A stretch of DNA of 64,000 nt, taken from NCBI GenBank assembly GCA_900551815.1, contig URXE01000001.1, positions 3,948-67,947 of the forward strand, written 5' to 3'. The translations under genes and the position numbers were made by a program. The notes under the pieces were generated by a model, which was not told the DNA's origin, searched no databases, and saw nothing but the letters and a program-made list of their open reading frames with translations. The first letter of the stretch is position 1; each line of letters opens with the position of its first letter. Below are positions 62,768 through 64,000 of the stretch, in pieces. Source of the stretch: an uncultured Collinsella sp. GTDB lineage: Bacteria > Actinomycetota > Coriobacteriia > Coriobacteriales > Coriobacteriaceae.

Positions 62768-63709
62768 ATGTCAGAATTCATTAGGCCTCAGGTTCAGGTC
62801 GAAGAGATCAACGAGACCTCTGCTCGTGTCTCCGTCGAGCCGCTCGAGCGTGGCTACGGCGATACGCTGGGTAACTCGCTTCGTCGTGTTCTTCTGTCCT
62901 CGCTCGAGGGTGCCGCCGTCGAGGCCATTCAGATCGATGGTGCGCAGCACGAGTTCATGACCATCCCTAACATGGTCGAGGATGTCACCGATATCGTCCT
63001 GAATGTCAAGGGTCTTGTCTTCAGGGCTCTCGGCACGACCGACGAGGCAACCGCCACCATCTCGGTTGACGGCCCTTGCGAGGTCACCGGTGCGGACTTC
63101 TTTATTCCGTCCGAGTTTGAGCTGGTCAACCCCGAGCAGCACATTGCTACGCTCACCGAGGGCGGCCATCTCACCATGAGCATGCGCATCGGCTATGGCC
63201 GCGGCTATGTTTCTGGCGAGGCCAACAAGCGCGACAACGATCCCATCGGTGTGATCCACGTCGACTCGCTGTACTCGCCGGTTTCCCGTTGCGCCAAGCT
63301 CGTTGAGGCTTGCCGTGTCGGTCAGCACACCGACTACGACCGCCTTGTCCTCGAGATCGAGACCAACGGCTCCATCGCCCCTCGCGACGCCGTGGTCCAG
63401 GCTGCCAATATCATCAACCAGCATATGGCCGCCTTTATGAACCTTGCCGAGACCCCCGAGGTCGAGGAGGAGGCTTCGATCTTCGCTCCCGAGGTCACCA
63501 ACGACAACGCCGAGCTGGACAAGCAGATCGAGGATCTGGACCTTTCCGTCCGTTCCTACAACTGCCTTAAGCGCGCCAGCATTCACTCGGTCCGTCAGCT
63601 CGTTGAGTTCTCGGAGAACGATCTGCTCAACATCCGTAACTTCGGTGTTAAGTCGATCGAGGAAGTGAAGGACAAGCTTGAGTCCATGGGCCTGAGCCTG
63701 AAGGCTTAA
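62768..63709 (+). CDS. rpoA: RNA polymerase alpha subunit
   Basis: EPLERGYG.TLGNSLRRVLL, LSVRSYNCLKRA. Confidence 0.98.
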   Translation: MSEFIRPQVQVEEINETSARVSVEPLERGYGDTLGNSLRRVLLSSLEGAAVEAIQIDGAQHEFMTIPNMVEDVTDIVLNVKGLVFRALGTTDEATATISVDGPCEVTGADFFIPSEFELVNPEQHIATLTEGGHLTMSMRIGYGRGYVSGEANKRDNDPIGVIHVDSLYSPVSRCAKLVEACRVGQHTDYDRLVLEIETNGSIAPRDAVVQAANIINQHMAAFMNLAETPEVEEEASIFAPEVTNDNAELDKQIEDLDLSVRSYNCLKRASIHSVRQLVEFSENDLLNIRNFGVKSIEEVKDKLESMGLSLKA

Positions 63710-63739
63710 TGCTTCGCATATTTGAGGAGAAACTAGACC

Positions 63740-64000
63740 ATGCGTCACAACGTTAAGAAGGGCCTGAAGCTCGGCACCGATGCGAGCCACACCAAGGCCA
63801 TGAAGAAGAGCCTTGCTAAGGCCCTCTTCGAGAACGACCGCATCAAGACCACCGAGACCCGCGCTAAGGCGCTGCGTTCGGTCGTCGACCCGATCATCAC
63901 CTGGGCCAAGAAGGGCGACCTGCACTCTCGTCGTCTTGCTATCGCCAAGCTTGGCGATAAGCAGCTTGTGGCTGAGCTCTTTGACAAGGCCGCTCAGGGC
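63740..64000 (+). CDS. rplQ: 50S protein L17, runs off window end
   Basis: MRHNVKKGLKLG...IKTTETRAKALR. Confidence 0.93.
   Translation, partial: MRHNVKKGLKLGTDASHTKAMKKSLAKALFENDRIKTTETRAKALRSVVDPIITWAKKGDLHSRRLAIAKLGDKQLVAELFDKAAQG

Overview
High-GC chromosomal window, probably from a gut Coriobacteriia/Collinsella-like actinobacterium (inferred from GC content, codon usage and gene content; no database search was run). Layout: partial birA divergent from a Firmicute-style FASII/ACC operon (0-9.7 kb); an orphan PTS EIIC, a CDF transporter and a histidine phosphatase; then the S10-spc ribosomal cluster, which starts at rplC and is broken after rplX by about 35 kb of other genes. It resumes at rplE and runs through secY-adk-map-infA-rpmJ-rpsMKD-rpoA-rplQ. 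The 35-kb block holds a Se/Mo-dependent anaerobic purine/urate catabolism cluster (NCS2, ssnA, ygfK, xdh ... dpaL, ygeY, ygeW, arcC, mocA, hydA, yqeC, yqeB, xdhC), itself split by a ~7 kb island (36.1-43.2 kb). The island is the most unusual part. Three co-oriented non-coding arrays of a 62-bp unit (15-bp box, 18-bp spacer, inverted 15-bp box, 14-bp spacer) bracket an AbiEi-like/Vsr-type nuclease gene and an ATPase-PD-(D/E)XK nuclease gene. They are followed by a probable type I toxin-antitoxin locus missing from the ORF track, a LexA box and a DEDDh exonuclease. Several other palindromic REP/MITE-like families occupy intergenic gaps.
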